This document shows, piece after piece, positions 27,699 to 41,422 of a stretch of 64,000 nt of DNA. The position numbers were made by a program, and so were the translations under genes. The notes below the pieces were generated by a model that had not been told where the DNA came from, made no database searches, and saw nothing but the letters and a program-made list of their open reading frames with translations. The stretch is from NCBI RefSeq assembly GCF_037042905.1, contig NC_087263.1:8868001-8932000 (forward strand), in the 5' to 3' direction. Within the stretch, counting starts at the first letter, position 1, and each line of letters begins with the position of its first letter. This DNA is from Lytechinus pictus (taxonomy: Eukaryota).

Positions 27699-28745
27699 CC
27701 TGGGGAGACGCACTTTTTACTTGTGACACGGCAAATAATTGCTTTCACTGACACCAGCATCTTGTGCAAACCATTTTTATCTTGTTAATAACTTCGAAAC
27801 ATCACCAGATACTTCAGCTGTAGTAAAGGATATTATGCAGCATAGACCCTCAAAATCCTGCCGTTCTCTTTTCCCCCCGCTCCTTTTTTTTATATTTCGT
27901 AAGATAGAGCAAATTCCCCACACATTGGTAATTGTTCTAATTACAAATCATTCCCGAGGGGTAGCTTCTCATCATGCTATAAAGCACTGATATGGCAAGC
28001 AAGGCCCAAAAAAATCAGTACACAAAATGAGCAGTATTTCGTTAGGTAAATTAATAACTACATATGCCAACCTTTGCAGTTAACTTTCCGAATTGGAGTT
28101 TTGCATGCATTAGGGTTAGTTCAAATATGTATGTAGACAACAGAACACTTTATGCTCACGTTTTAATCCCGCAGTATATTTTGGACGTATATCATATACA
28201 TGTATTTGGTTGAGTATTTAATACATTTAAAATTGAGAGCGGGTATAGAAAAAAATGTAATTTGACATGCCAGGCATCTAGATGGAAATCTCGCCAAGAT
28301 TTTAAAGAAAAAATGTGATGGCTGTTTTGGTTAACTATTGGTATGATTATTTTAAATGCTTTAATTATGATTTTTTTTCCGATGCTGGAGCCGGGTCTGT
28401 CTTCTAATAACGCACTTTCCTCCAATGTAGCGTTAAAATACCTCTGCACCAAGAGTGATGGCCTGAAATCGATTAAGCTATTAATGGCATATTTTGCCTG
28501 CCATACAGCTGTGACATTTATTCTGCATGGTCAGTCTCTTTTCACATTATGTACCTGACATGTGCTGCATCCTGAAGAAATAGAGCATGCTTTTAATGGG
28601 GCTCTCCCATTGGGGCTCGCGGTGCTGATTTTTTTTCGGTTGATTTCAGTTGAGATTTATCGTTTGTTCATCTTCTGTCAGCCAACAGAGGGCGTTAATA
28701 TCCCCCGGAGAGCACCGTGTTTTTTTTTTTTTTTTTTTTTTTTTT

Positions 28746-31689
28746 AATGAATTGCCCAAGTTGAGTGAAGAAAATAAGGATTTTTGTGAAGGGCCAATAT
28801 CATTTGAAGAATGCTATAAAGCGGTAAAGGAAATGAAATGGAATAAGTCACCAGGTAATGATGGTTTTACAGCTGAATTCTATTTTACGTTTTGGCCAAT
28901 TTTAGGGAAATTTATTGTTGAAGCATTTAATGAAAGTTTTGATACAGAAATGTTATCAAACTCGCAGAGACAGGGAGTAATTACCCTAATTGAAAAGGAT
29001 GGAAAAGATCATTTGTATATGAAAAACTACAGACCAATAACACTTCTTAATGTAGACTACAAAATATTGTCAAAAGTTTTAGCTAAAAGGGTAAAAGAGG
29101 TACTAGGGGACATTATTCATTTTGACCAAGTAGGGTATGTTAAAGATAGGAATATTGGAGAGGCAGTGAGGTTAATAGACGATGTATTCTTTCAATCCTT
29201 GTATCAGCCAGTAGGATTTGTAATTGCTGTAGATTTCGAAAAAGCATTTGATTGTATATCACATAGACTTCTATTTAAAGCATTGGAATCTTTTGGTTTT
29301 GGTAAAGTATTGTGCTCTTGGGTTAGAATTCTTTATAATGATGTTAGTAGCTGTGTGATGAATGGGGGACACTCAACTGGATATTTTGAGGTTAAAAGAG
29401 GAGTAAGACAAGGAGATCCCCTCTCTCCTTATTTATTTATTATAGCTATTGAATTACTTGCTAATTCTATTCGAAATGATCCGGGTATTGAAGGGATTGG
29501 GTTTGGTGAAAGAAAAATAAAACAAGTATTGTACGCAGATGATTGTACATTGTTTCTAAAAGACACGTACTCAGTTAATAGGGTGAAGAAAGTCTTCGGA
29601 GAGTTTGAGAAATTGAGTGGTTTGAAAATAAACATGGATAAGACAAATTTTATGTGGTTGGGGGAAGAATGTGATAGGCCGGTTTTACCTCTGTTTGGAC
29701 ATAGAATGCAATATATACAAATTTTAGGGGTATATTTTTCACGAGACTCCAAAATAAAAGATGACCTAAATTATAAAGAAATTTTGAGTAAAATCAAAAG
29801 ATTAATTGGATGGTGGATGCAACGAGATCTGACAATGTTTGGTAAAATTAGATTGTTAAAAATGCATGTATTTTCAAAATTAAATTATGTTTCTTCTCTT
29901 ATTTCAGTTCCTCAAAATATCTTTAAAGAAATTGAAAAGATTTCTTTTAATTTCATTTGGGGTGGAAATGACAGAATAAAACGGAAAATTCTATATCAAG
30001 ATTATTGTGCAGGGGGACTCAAAGTAACTAATTTTGAAGTTTTCATTAAAACTCAGAGAATTATGTGGATTAAAAGGCTGCTATACGGTGAGAAATATTT
30101 AGGTTGGAAAGTAACCTTTGACTACTTCTTTAGATTATTGGGAGGCCGGAGTATATTTCTTTGTAATTATGATGCAAATAAAATAGACTTACAAGGTATA
30201 CCAATATTTTATAAAGATATGTTGAAAGCATGGCAAGATTTGGATCAATGTAGAAACTTTGAGGAAAACAAGATCAATCCTGTGATTTTTAACAACAGAT
30301 TTATATGTCTTCATAATAAACCGTTTTTTTGATGTTGAACTCTTTCGGAAAGGTATATTTCAAGCATCAGATATTATTGTAGGAGGTCAACTAAGACCAG
30401 TCTCATATTTCCATAACCGGGGTTACACTGCTGATAATCTGCTGATGATTCAAAGAATTTTTTCTGTGATTAAAAAAGAATGGATACAAAGTGATTTTAT
30501 AGTTATAGATAGTGAAAATTTTCAAATAGAACTGAAGATCTTTGGTTACCTACATAAATTTATGGATTTAAAAGCCAGATATATATATAATTACTTTATT
30601 GAGCAATTTCAAAAAGAGTACACTCTAAAGGTTTATGATGGACATTGTGAATATGATCTTGGAATAGGGGAGTTGAAAGAAACCTTTACAAGATTGAAGA
30701 ATGCTTTTATATGTAGTAAACAAAGGGAGTTTCAGTACAAACTATTACATGGGGTAGTGTATACAAAAGAAAAGCTCTTCCAATTTGGTTTTGAGTCAGA
30801 CAATTTTTGTTCTTTTTGTAAACAACAGGTAGAAACATACCAACATTTATTTTTAGATTGTTTAAAGGTTAAACAGTTATGGAAGGAGGTCATCAAAAAG
30901 CTTCATTTAAAGGAAGTTAGGATTGATGATTGGAAAACAATTTTCATCGGTCTATCTGGTAAATGTGTGAGAATACATGCAATAAACTGTATAATCTTTC
31001 TGCTAAAACATATAATTTTTATTTCCAGAGAAAAGGGCGAACCACCGTCCGTACAAAAAACAACAGATATGATTAAAGGTTACAGAAAAGAAGAATATAA
31101 TATAGCCAAGAAAACAGGGAATTTGGGAGTACACTTAAGAAAATGGGAACAAATTGGTGCATTTCTTTGACTTATCATTTATCGTATTCTATTTTATTTT
31201 ATTATTTTTTTTTTCTCAATGATACAAAGTTACAGATCGACAGACCAGAACGGATGTGCTACCTGTTGTATGATGTGTGTGCGTGAGGGTTTTTGTGTGC
31301 GTGTATGTGTGTGAGGGTGCGTGGGTGAGTGAAAGATTATATATATTTAATCTTCCTCTTAAAGGAGCATAGAGTTTCATGAAAAAAGTAGTTTATTTGA
31401 CTTGACATAATTTTAAAATAAAAAATATTGAAATAATTTTATGCTATATTATGTACTTTTGGGGGGAAAAAAAATGTTTCACATTGTCATAGAAGAGAAA
31501 TTTGGCAGTTTAATTTCATTTGTAATAATTTTTAAAAATATTTGTAATCTCATTGATATTGATATATTTATTTGTTTGATTGTTTATTGATTGTATAGAT
31601 GCAAAGAATATTTATTTATATGAATTGTGATTGTCAACTTATTGATTTGAAAGAGGAAGAAAATAAAATATCATTCAAAACAAAAAAAA
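28746..31689 (+). mobile_element. 5'-truncated L1/Tx1-clade non-LTR retrotransposon (RT, CCHC knuckle, 3' UTR, A-rich tail)
   Basis: KSPGNDG, NYRPITLLNVDYKIL, DFEKAFD, GVRQGDPLSP and YADD motifs. One frameshift in the T-run near 30324-30330, then ORF continues to 31170 with CSFC..ETYQHLFLDC. AATAAA near 31662 and A-rich tail. Possible TSD GTGTTT at 28717 and 31690. Confidence 0.92.
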
Positions 31690-32367
31690 GTGTTTCGACC
31701 GCGTGGGCGCACGCCTCTAATTAACCCTCCGTTCAATTTATTTTATTCTCATTTTCAGAGAGTGAATATAACAACAAGCATATGCATAATATACTAAGCA
31801 GAATATAACGTCATCATAGATACTTCAGTTACAAATAATACACAAAAGTGATCGGTAAATAAATAAGTCGTAGTCCCAAAACACATTTTGATAATCAAAT
31901 AATTGAAAATTACAAGTCATAGTTGACATATATGAAAATGAAAATGACGGACTTAAAAAAGCAAAGTTTGTATCGGTAAGCCCCTCAAAAACAGATCATA
32001 TGTTGAAAATATCCGATCAAGATGGTAGCCTCTCATTAATGGTGTTTTTGTGAGTGATCGGCATGTGACGAAAAGGAACCTCTGATCCAGGTATATGATA
32101 TACCCTGAGGAACCAGTAAGCATTAGCCATCATTCTGGTTAATAAAGAGAGCATTCATATACAATGGTGCTAAAAATTAAGTAAATCCACCAGAAATTGA
32201 AATATATAAAAGTGTTCAAATTTTGAAGTTTAATGGTGAAGTGAGGTGATAACATATTACATCCAGTATAGTTTGATTTTCTGGGCTCGCCAGACATTGT
32301 ACATGTACATTAATTTTTAGCATTGTTGTCTACATTCAACATTCAGCATGAACTAGTGCATTACAAT

Positions 32368-32868
32368 CACTAGCGTACCTAAGGCGTACCAGGGGGGCAG
32401 ACTGCCCCCCCCCCTGACGAGTCACAACTCATGCAGGGGACGTATCCCTGCCCCCCCCCCTGACGAGTCACAACTGATCCAGGGGACGTGCCCTCCCCCC
32501 TTTTGAGAAGCCAAATTAATAATTTATAATGTAAAAATGCAATGAAAACAGACGTGTACCCCCTCTACTGAACCTGAAGACTTTTTTTTTTTTTTTTGCT
32601 TGTCAATTTTTTTCTGGTAAGAAATCCTTTTTTTTGGTTGAAAACCTTTTTTTTTTTTTGCTTGACAAATTTTTTTGTGGTAAGAAATCCTTTATTTGTG
32701 GTTGAAGACCTTTTTTTTTTTTTTTTTTGCTTGTCAAATTTGTTTGTGGTAAGAAATCCTTTATTTGTGGTTGAAGTCCTTTTTTTTTTTGCTTGTCAAA
32801 TTTTTTCGCGGACGAAATATCCTCCAAAAAATTTGCCCCCCTTTTGGAAAATCCTAGGTACGCCAGTG
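32368..32868. mobile_element. hAT-type MITE with internal tandem repeats
   Basis: TIR CACTAGCGTACCTA / TAGGTACGCCAGTG. 8-bp TSD ATTACAAT / ATTACCAT (7/8). Internal 2x TGACGAGTCACAACT units and ~4x GCTTGTCAA..GGTAAGAAATCC units. Confidence 0.85.
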
Positions 32869-33388
32869 ATTACCATGGACCTTTACGTCCATTGGTTCAA
32901 TAACCTTTTAGCATCCTCGAAGATTCCAATATATAGATCCATGAATGTCATTACATTTACCTCAAGAAAATGAAATTTCTGCTAGATACGGCAAAGGATC
33001 GTAAATATGGATCATGGGATTGGCTTGTTTTGACAGATGGCGCTATAAAGATCCGGGCTGAAAGAGGAGAAGCGGAGAAAATTCGTTGCTGTTGTTGTTC
33101 TTGATCCTGCGGTTCATGTTTTTGTCAAAAATAGATAAAGGAATAGAATGAAACAGTCATGAAAGGAAAAAAGGTGATTGATTTGTTTCGTTCTCATCCA
33201 TGTTTATCTACATATAGCAATTTCATTTCATTTATTCATTGAAATACTACGAACATTCATCAATCTTCCTGTTGGAAAATGATATAGCAATCCGTCGAAA
33301 TTTGGCTGTTAGTTTGATGAAGTAATCACTGACATTACTGAGGGAGTCTTGCATGTCCAATGTTGTTAAATCACATAAAACACTTATA

Positions 33389-33650
33389 CACTCTAAAAAA
33401 AATATTGGGTACAAATGATTCATGAGGGTAATTATGTGTCCAACCAACATTGGGCTTTTTTTTTGGGGGGGTGGGCATTTTTATTTATCCATTGTGATGA
33501 AACTGTTGCCCACTCTAAAGCAATTGCTGCTTATTTATTAACCTTACTGGACAATATGCTTCCCGCAATGGGTAATATACTGCCCAAAATTGGTTGGACA
33601 CATAATTACCCTCGTGCTTGTTAAAATTTTACCCAATATGTTTTACAGTG
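33389..33650 (+). mobile_element. ~255-bp CACT-ended MITE, copy 2 (TA TSD)
   Basis: TA|CACTCTAAAAAAAATATTGGGTA ... TACCCAATATGTTTTACAGTG|TA. Confidence 0.88.
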
Positions 33651-33844
33651 TACTCGATGATGATTGATAGACGGCATATACCATATATTCTGTGCATGAC
33701 TGTAGCCTATATTTTTTTTTCCAAGGTTTGTGTGGATTTACGGGTGATAATTATCATTTGGGGGGATTACTGCAATTTATGCGACGCATGGATATCCAAC
33801 ATCTGCACTATCAGTGGCCCTTTTGAGATGATAAGAATAAAAAG

Positions 33845-34025
33845 AACTAGAAGAAGTACAAGGAGAAGAAGAAGAAGAGGAGGAGGAGGAGGAGGAAGAA
33901 GAAGAAGAAGAAGAAGGGAAAGAAGAAGAAGAAGAAGGAGGATGAGGAGGAAGAGGAAGAAGAAGACCACCACGACGACGACGACGAGGAAGGAGAAGAA
34001 GACAGCCAGAAGAAGGAGAAGGTTA
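33845..34025. repeat. (GAA/GGA)n purine-rich microsatellite
   Basis: Direct reading; complementary-type (CTT)n tracts lie at 13065-13170. Confidence 0.9.
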
Positions 34026-34768
34026 AGGAAAAGCGGAAACAGAATGTAGAGAACAACCAAACAAAAGAAGACAAATAATTTAGAAGACAAAATGCAAAAA
34101 GCGGGTAAATAAGTAACGCCCAAGCCACCTTTTCTTCAAGAACCCAATTGCCAATTTGGCGATGGTGACTGGCAAAATAACAAGTAGGTCCAGATGAGGA
34201 TGTTCATAACCTGATTAATCCACCAATTCCTCCAAGCTCAAATATATAGCTCCGATTCCGTTGCTTGTTCATATCAATGTGCGCATTGCTTGTTATGGAC
34301 TCTGATCGATGTCCCTGGCCGTAATACCGGATGACTTGAATAGCCAGACCACTGGGAAATTGTCAGGTATAAATGATGTGGATATGTTTCCACCTATACA
34401 GTATGTGCCTCGCATAAATTTATTCATGGAAATAGCATGATTTCATTACGAATTTAAAGGTAAATTAAGAGAAGTTGTTAAAAAAAAACGAGAAAGTCTT
34501 TAAGATGAAGGCTCACTGTCGATCTACATCGGTTTACGTGAAGCCAACTTTGTAACCTTATACCTCGTTTCGGAAATATGGTTAAAACACAATATCCTAG
34601 AATATTTTTTATTTTCGGTTGCGGGACCCCCCCCCCCCCTCCCGACACACACACATGATTGTACGCCTCAGTTATTGTCTTTATTACTGACAAAAAAATA
34701 AGAATACGAAGAAGAAATAAGTTCATGAAGTAGGGGAATTTCTTTTGGCATAGCTTCGCATCATTTAA

Positions 34769-35690
34769 AGGGAAAGTTCACCCTGACGAAAAGGCTATTG
34801 TAAAAATAGAAGAAAAAATAATGATAAAAATTATTGGTGAAGGTTTGACAGAAATCCATTAAAGATTAAGAAAGTTATTAGATTTTGTATATGTGACGTC
34901 ACATACCAGCAGCTGCCCTATATGTTATGTCGTATAAAATGCATAAATTTCAATGTTTTAAGGATTCGTGATTATTCTTCTTTCGGGAGAGGGTGTGAAA
35001 TAATTTGTCTGTTGATATACTAATATGCTTTTCACACTGCACTTTTTTTCCTTAACCCCGGGAAATTGGAGGGGCTAAGGGGGGTCTTAGCCCCACCAAT
35101 TTCCCGGGGTTAAGCTTAGCCCACTTCGTTTTCACACTACGTTTTAGCAAAGTGGGCTAGCACGGTAAATAGTACGGTACTATCTGGCCCTGCAAAAAAG
35201 CAGGGTTAGCCGGCTTATTGTGGTGCTAGCACCGCAATTGCGGTGCTAAGAGAATGCAGTGTGAAAACGAACAGGGCTAAGGAAAGTGGGGCTAAGCATT
35301 TAGCCAATCACGGAATTCGAATTGCACATTAATCACGCTCTGTATGGTAAAATCATCAATATTCATGAGCTGAGGGATAGTCCGGGGTTAATGCATTATC
35401 CCCGGCTGAGCAGATAGTATGGGGTTAAGAAAGACAGTGTGAATCAAAAAAAAGATAGTATGGGGTTAAGGATAGTCCGGGGTTAAGGAAATGCAGTGTG
35501 AAAAGCATATAATAGTACAATAATACCGATTTTCATTATTTAATGACATTTCGTTGTTTTTTTTTAATTCACAATACATCAAATGGTTGAATTTTTCTTA
35601 TAACTTATCATTGACGGATTTTCCTAAAACTTTCACCAATACTTCGTATAATTTTTTTTTAGAAAATGTTTCTGTCAGGGTAAACTTTTT
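34769..35690. mobile_element. Kolobok/T2-type MITE interrupted by a Harbinger-type MITE
   Basis: TTAA|AGGGAAAGTTCACCCTGAC ... GTCAGGGTAAACTTT. An uninterrupted relative lies at ~47025-47510. Confidence 0.75.
35024..35509. mobile_element. PIF/Harbinger-type MITE, TAA TSD, palindrome-rich interior
   Basis: TAA|TATGCTTTTCACACTGCA ... TGCAGTGTGAAAAGCATA|TAA. Confidence 0.9.
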
Positions 35691-36785
35691 TTTTTCTAAA
35701 TAAGAAAGGGAACATAGCACTGGACCATTTGAATTGTGTATTAATCTGGAGAAATTATACCTCCCCATCATTATCCTTCTTGAACGGAATATAAGGGTGG
35801 ATATACCGTTCTTCATGAAGCTTTAGATATTTATCACTAATATCCTGTCTTCAAATGCTCTTATCTAATGTCAGTCCAAACTAATTCCTTTCCAGTGTTA
35901 TGTATAATTTGTATGTAAACAGCAAAAAGGGGTGTTGCATTGGAGTTTGTCAGTCGTCGTAGAATCGCCGATAGAAATGGTGTATTAATGTGGAGTAATA
36001 TTATATCCCTACCATTATCACTTATCCCTTTGAATATCATCCTACTTTTAACTTCTGATGTTTATCAGCAATTTCCTGATTGCAAATGCTTTTAGAATTG
36101 GCGATGTTTCTTTTTGATCAACACACTCTTCTTTATAATTGCTTTGGGCTATCGGTATCATGGGCATAGGGAAAGTTAAAAACAATTTCCCTGAAGATTC
36201 CTGTATGCTTTACATTCCCTAAAGTTTATATGTTATTAGAGAAAGAGGAGTAATCTCCTGATTAATATCCGAGAATAAGCATGATAAGGGAAGCAATTTA
36301 ATTGTTTGAAGAAAACGAAGAAAAAAAATTTGTAGAAACAAAACCACTTTGTTCTTCGTGACATGAAGTATTTTGGATATATTTATAATTCTGTGTTATG
36401 TTTTTTTGTATTTCCAGAAGTGAACAAACTATTTTAATGTATATTATTAAAGAAATAATTGGGGAAAATAACTCCAATAAAGGATTAGAGGATGACGAGA
36501 AGTAGGAAAGACCATTCTTATTTTGATACGACGGACCGTCCTGCTCATTGTGTAAAATTTGAATATACTAAATTACTGAAAACTCTATCGGAGAAAGGGA
36601 GAAGACATCCCCTATAAACCAATTTGAATAGCTGGACTTTTGATATAAATTTTCCTTTTTTTCTGTTTGACTTAAGTTTCACTTGGAAAATATATTCAGA
36701 GGAGTGCGCCCTGCATGCGAGTGAAAATATAGAATGAGATAAACGCCATCTATCGTCAAGTGCAAGCGATTACTGGTGGTATCAA

Positions 36786-37242
36786 AGGCTTAATTCATTT
36801 CCCATAGACTCGTGTGTTAAAGTGGCACTTAAAAAGAATTCATAAAAAATAAGGAGGAAAATCGAGGGTTGAATGTTTACTACCAGTGCATAGGATAAAT
36901 GTCTGACATTCCATATCTGACCAGAAAAGGGTACCTCGACCGGCTCATTTTAAAAATCAGCATTTATGAAGACTACACCTGACGGGATCAAATTCATCAC
37001 TTGAGAGAGTAAAATGGCCCTAATTCTTCCGCCAGTAAAAAAAATAGTTCCAAAGTATTGATATATCTTTCCTATTTCGAAAAAAGGAAGTTCAGGAGGT
37101 ACCCTCCCTAGAATCAGTGTTAGATTGTCAATCATATTCATTCGTTTTTGTCAATCAGCAATATCAAATTTAAACATTGAGCTATGGGTTGGCTCGAATG
37201 AATATCTTTCGCCAGCCAATTCTAGTTAGGCCCGTGTAACCT
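36786..37242 (+). repeat. ~460-bp dispersed repeat, copy 1
   Basis: AGGCTTAATTCATTTCCCATAGAC...AGTTAGGCCCGTGTAACCT; colinear with 38215-38679. Confidence 0.9.
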
Positions 37243-38214
37243 TTATTATATGACACATGAAGGTTTCTTTTTAAATTGCATTACTAATTGCTTTTCTTTA
37301 ACATCTGTACACTCACTTTATAACACAGAAATGCATGAAATAAACATATGTGTTATGTAATGACCAATTTTAACATTACTTCTATATGTCTAGTGCCCTA
37401 TTAAAGGATTTACACACATCCTACCTGCCTTTATATATAGTTCAACAATGGATACCATGTAGGACCCAAAGTCCTATAATGCAAAAGTGTAGATATGCAT
37501 AGTGTGCATATCTGGATGCAAGAACTGCCCATAATATAAATACCAGATTTACATGAGTTAAATGAGATAACATTAAAAAGAGATGATAATTAACATACAA
37601 GCATAATATACATTCACATCTTCCTATGACAAGGGGTGGAACAGAGAGAGAGAGAGGGGGGTTAGATGTCTTGCATTCTAAAGGGGTGGGGGCTAGAAAT
37701 AAGTAAAAGTTAGAAAAAGATATCAGTCAGTAGCACTCATTCTCACCCCTCCCCCGCAGACATACTTACTATGCTTTTCTCTACCATCCTTCCTCCCGCC
37801 TTCCTCTTGAATCCACCATTCTTCAGTTACATTCTAAGGTTCTCTCTTCTCCATCCCTTCCCCACGAACAATTTTCACAATTTCATGGACTATCTAATGT
37901 TTAGTATTGTAATGGGTGCTATACACGAATACAGCAGTGCTCGTTGGTATACGAAAACATGAAACGCAGAGACTAACGTTAGCCTACACAGCCTCTAGCC
38001 TCGGTATACAAACACAGAACTACTAATCACAATTCGTTACCTGATAAACCCCTCTATAGCCTTGCACATAACCATTAAGTTCAGTTTTTGGACCTCTTGA
38101 TGATTGAAACATGCATACTAGTGAAAATAATTTGCTACTGAAGAGTTTGGGCTGGTATTTCATCCACTAGGGAATTCCCCTCGTAATAGGCTATAGTCTT
38201 GGTATAGGTATCTT

Positions 38215-38679
38215 AGGCCTAATTCATTTCCCATAGACCCGTGTGTTAAAGTGGCACTTAAAAAAGGAATTCATAAAAAAATAAGGAGGAAATTCGAAGG
38301 TTGAATGTTTACTACTAGTGGATAGGATAAAATGTCTGACATTCCATATCTGACCAGAAAAGAGTATCTCGACCGGCTCATTTTAAATCTAAATCAGCAT
38401 TTTAATATGAAGACTACACCTGATGGGATCAAATTCATCACTTGAGAGAGTAAAATGGCCCTAATTTTTCCGCCAGTAAAAAATAGTTCCAAGGTAGTGA
38501 TGTATCTTTCCAATTTTGAAAAAGGAAATTCAGTAGGTACCTCCCTAGAATCAGTGTTAGATTGTCAATTATATTCATTCATTTTTGTCAATCAGCAATA
38601 TCAAATTTGAAAATTGAGCTATGGGTTGGCTCTAATGAAAATCTTTCGCCAGCCAGTTGTAGTTAGGCCCGTGTAACCT
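38215..38679 (+). repeat. ~460-bp dispersed repeat, copy 2
   Basis: AGGCCTAATTCATTTCCCATAGAC...AGTTAGGCCCGTGTAACCT; same orientation as copy 1. Confidence 0.9.
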
Positions 38680-38859
38680 GGTGTCCGTGGCAAAGTGAAG
38701 ATGGGGTAAAGGAGACAGACAACTTATGCTACTGTCACAAATACTTACGATCGCCGTAAAAAAAAAAACGATTTTTCAACATAGCAATACATGGTATGAT
38801 GAGGTCGTTTGTACGGTGTTCGTATACTCTAAAAAAGGAAGCGCAATTGTAGCACTTAA

Positions 38860-39423
38860 CCCTTTCCAGGCCGAAGTTGGCGTCGGAGGCCCCCACCCTC
38901 AACGATTCGCGCAATATTTTCGCCGCGCAATTTTTTTTTTATGACCGCGCCGCTCGCTGACTTTTTACTTTTAAGTCTTACGCAACTTTTGAGACCGATT
39001 TTGCGACGCGGTTCCGAAATTACGCAACATTTTGTAAGTGCATATCAGACCGAAAATTGCTCAAAAACGTGATTCGTGTACAAAGTCAATGCAAATTGTG
39101 TTTTCAAATGGATTTGTTTTATGCTTTTTTATGATCTCAAAAGCGTCCCGACAAAGTTCATTGAAAAAAACAATGAAAAACAAAAGGTAAAAAAAAAGAA
39201 GGAAATACATAGGAAATTGCAAAAAACAATATAAGACATAAGAAATTGATATTAGATCGCAATCGTTGTCATGTACGTTTGCTAAAAACACCAAAAAGAG
39301 TTGAAGATTATGTCCCAGACAACCTGCGTGCCAATTTTCGGCGCGATCAACGGCCGAGATCTCAAGCCCCCCCCCCCCCCCCCCGGCCATATGAATTCCC
39401 AAAATACCCCAGCATATATAGGG
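38860..39423. mobile_element. piggyBac-like MITE (tentative)
   Basis: TTAA|CCCT ... AGGG|TTTAA ends. Abuts a truncated Kolobok/T2-type copy that begins at the right-hand TTAA. Confidence 0.55.
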
Positions 39424-41422
39424 TTTAAGGACAAGTCCCTCCCCCCCCCCCCAAAGAAAAATTGATTTGAATAAAAAGAGAAAATCCAACAAGTATAACA
39501 CTGAAAGTTTCATCGAAATCGGATGTAAAATAAGAAAGTTATGACACTTGTTTCGCTAAACAGTTACATATATGCACATCCCGGTCGGTACGCAAATGAG
39601 GGGACTGATGGCATCACTCACTCGCTATTTCTGTTGTATTTTGTTATATGAAAAATGAAATATTCTAATTTTCTCCTCATTGCCCTTCGAAACAATTTTT
39701 TATATCCTTCTGAACATGTGGAATTACCATTGTTTGACATTTTATGGTTCAGTCAAGTTGGGTCCGTATTGTCAAATCTGTTAGGATTGAAATAAAAATT
39801 TATTTTTTATTTCAAATAATAAAAAACAGAAGAAATAGTGAGTGAGGGACATCATCAACTCTAAAATGTGCATATAATTATTTTCTGGTTTTATTGTTTC
39901 TAAATAGATGGGAAAAAAACAGATATGGTTATCACTCATTATTTGATTATAAACATCCGACTACGGGCCCTTACATACGTGAATCTTGAATCATCATTGT
40001 ACTGATGATTGCAATTCGTCTATAGAATCATCGTACCATTGCAATGCATTGGTTCACTCGAAAATTATTATTTGAATTCGAATTCCTGAGCGAAGGCGGT
40101 ATTGTGTCCTTGGTGACTTGTCAATCTAAGCACTGCATCGCAAATACAAACTACAATGAGTGCATTCTATGGAAGTACATGAAAGGTCACACAAGCTCCG
40201 CCCTCCAAAAGATGTTATGGAGGTCAACCCTTTCAGACGTAAAATTCGTACCGTAATTTGAGTGAAACTAAACTGGAATTCACCTCCGGAGTAGAATTTG
40301 TGATTAGCGTCCGTGATTCTAGTTTGGTTTCACACGTGCTGAAAAAAAATCGTCATTATAATTGTTTTTCACTGGAATCATCATTCAAATAACTATTTTG
40401 GTACCTTGTGAAAGGGCGGCGACCTGGCACAATCCATGCAGCAAGAAATGGCCCATTGAAGTGCAACGAGCTGACACAACGCCTGACTACCTGTTCATGA
40501 ACATGGACTGGTTCGTTAAAGAACCTTTAATTGGCCTCGATGTAAAAAGAAGTATAGAGCATAGGAACCAGGCAATGGCAATGTATTTATTAAATCCTAT
40601 TTAGAGAATATGTATGCCAAAGGCGTTCCAACAATATATAAGTAAATCGCGTGCGCCGATATAAATGTCCTCATTACCTCTTTAGTTTTCTTTAGTTTTC
40701 CGTGTAGATACGACCAAAACGTCAATTATGGTTGTCACATATTTGATTTTTAATAAGTCCGTCTTTGGGACCAGGGCAATTCTCATCAACCTCCAGTAAC
40801 AATACAATAATCCTCCATGGGTAGGACCTTGGTTGTGTACTTTAGGGAATGCCGGTTGTGTCGCTGGCAGCTCGACCCTTGGACAGGTTTAAGGCTTCAT
40901 TCACAACTCAGACCAGCGCCGAACGATTATTAGCCTACTCGTGCGCCGCTGGAATTTAGTCATCGCCCAACGATTTTTGTAGAAGACTTATCGGTTGCCG
41001 CGAGCAGTGCCCTGTCGATTACCCACTACTAAAGGCCAAATGTGGGTCAAATCGGGGAACTTTCCTGTTTAGCGTCGAGCTGTAATCGGCTGACGACCCA
41101 CCGATTCCCTGGCGATCTCCCACCGGCCACCGGTCTATGATCCAACGAGTTCAATTTTTTTACCTAAATCGTTCGACGGCGACCGCTCGATTATATCGGC
41201 GCCCCAGACAGCGACCACCCGGGCACGGAGCGTATTTAGGGCGGCGAGTGAAAAGTGAGCAGGCACCGAAAGAATTTTAACCGTCAAAATCTCGAGTATG
41301 TGTAATTACCAGTGGCATCGGTTTATTTAGTCAGAAAAATAGATACCCAATACTCTTGGAGAGTAGACTAGTCGTAATATCGGTTGATAACCGTGATGAA
41401 GCCCCTATGCTTTCAATAAATC

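Noticed and set aside
32414..32490. CTGACGAGTC repeats as hammerhead cores
   Set aside because: No GAAA follows a closable stem II; they are internal repeats of a hAT MITE.
33618..34128. Arg-rich/protamine-like and Leu-rich ORFs
   Set aside because: Translations of a GAA/GGA microsatellite.
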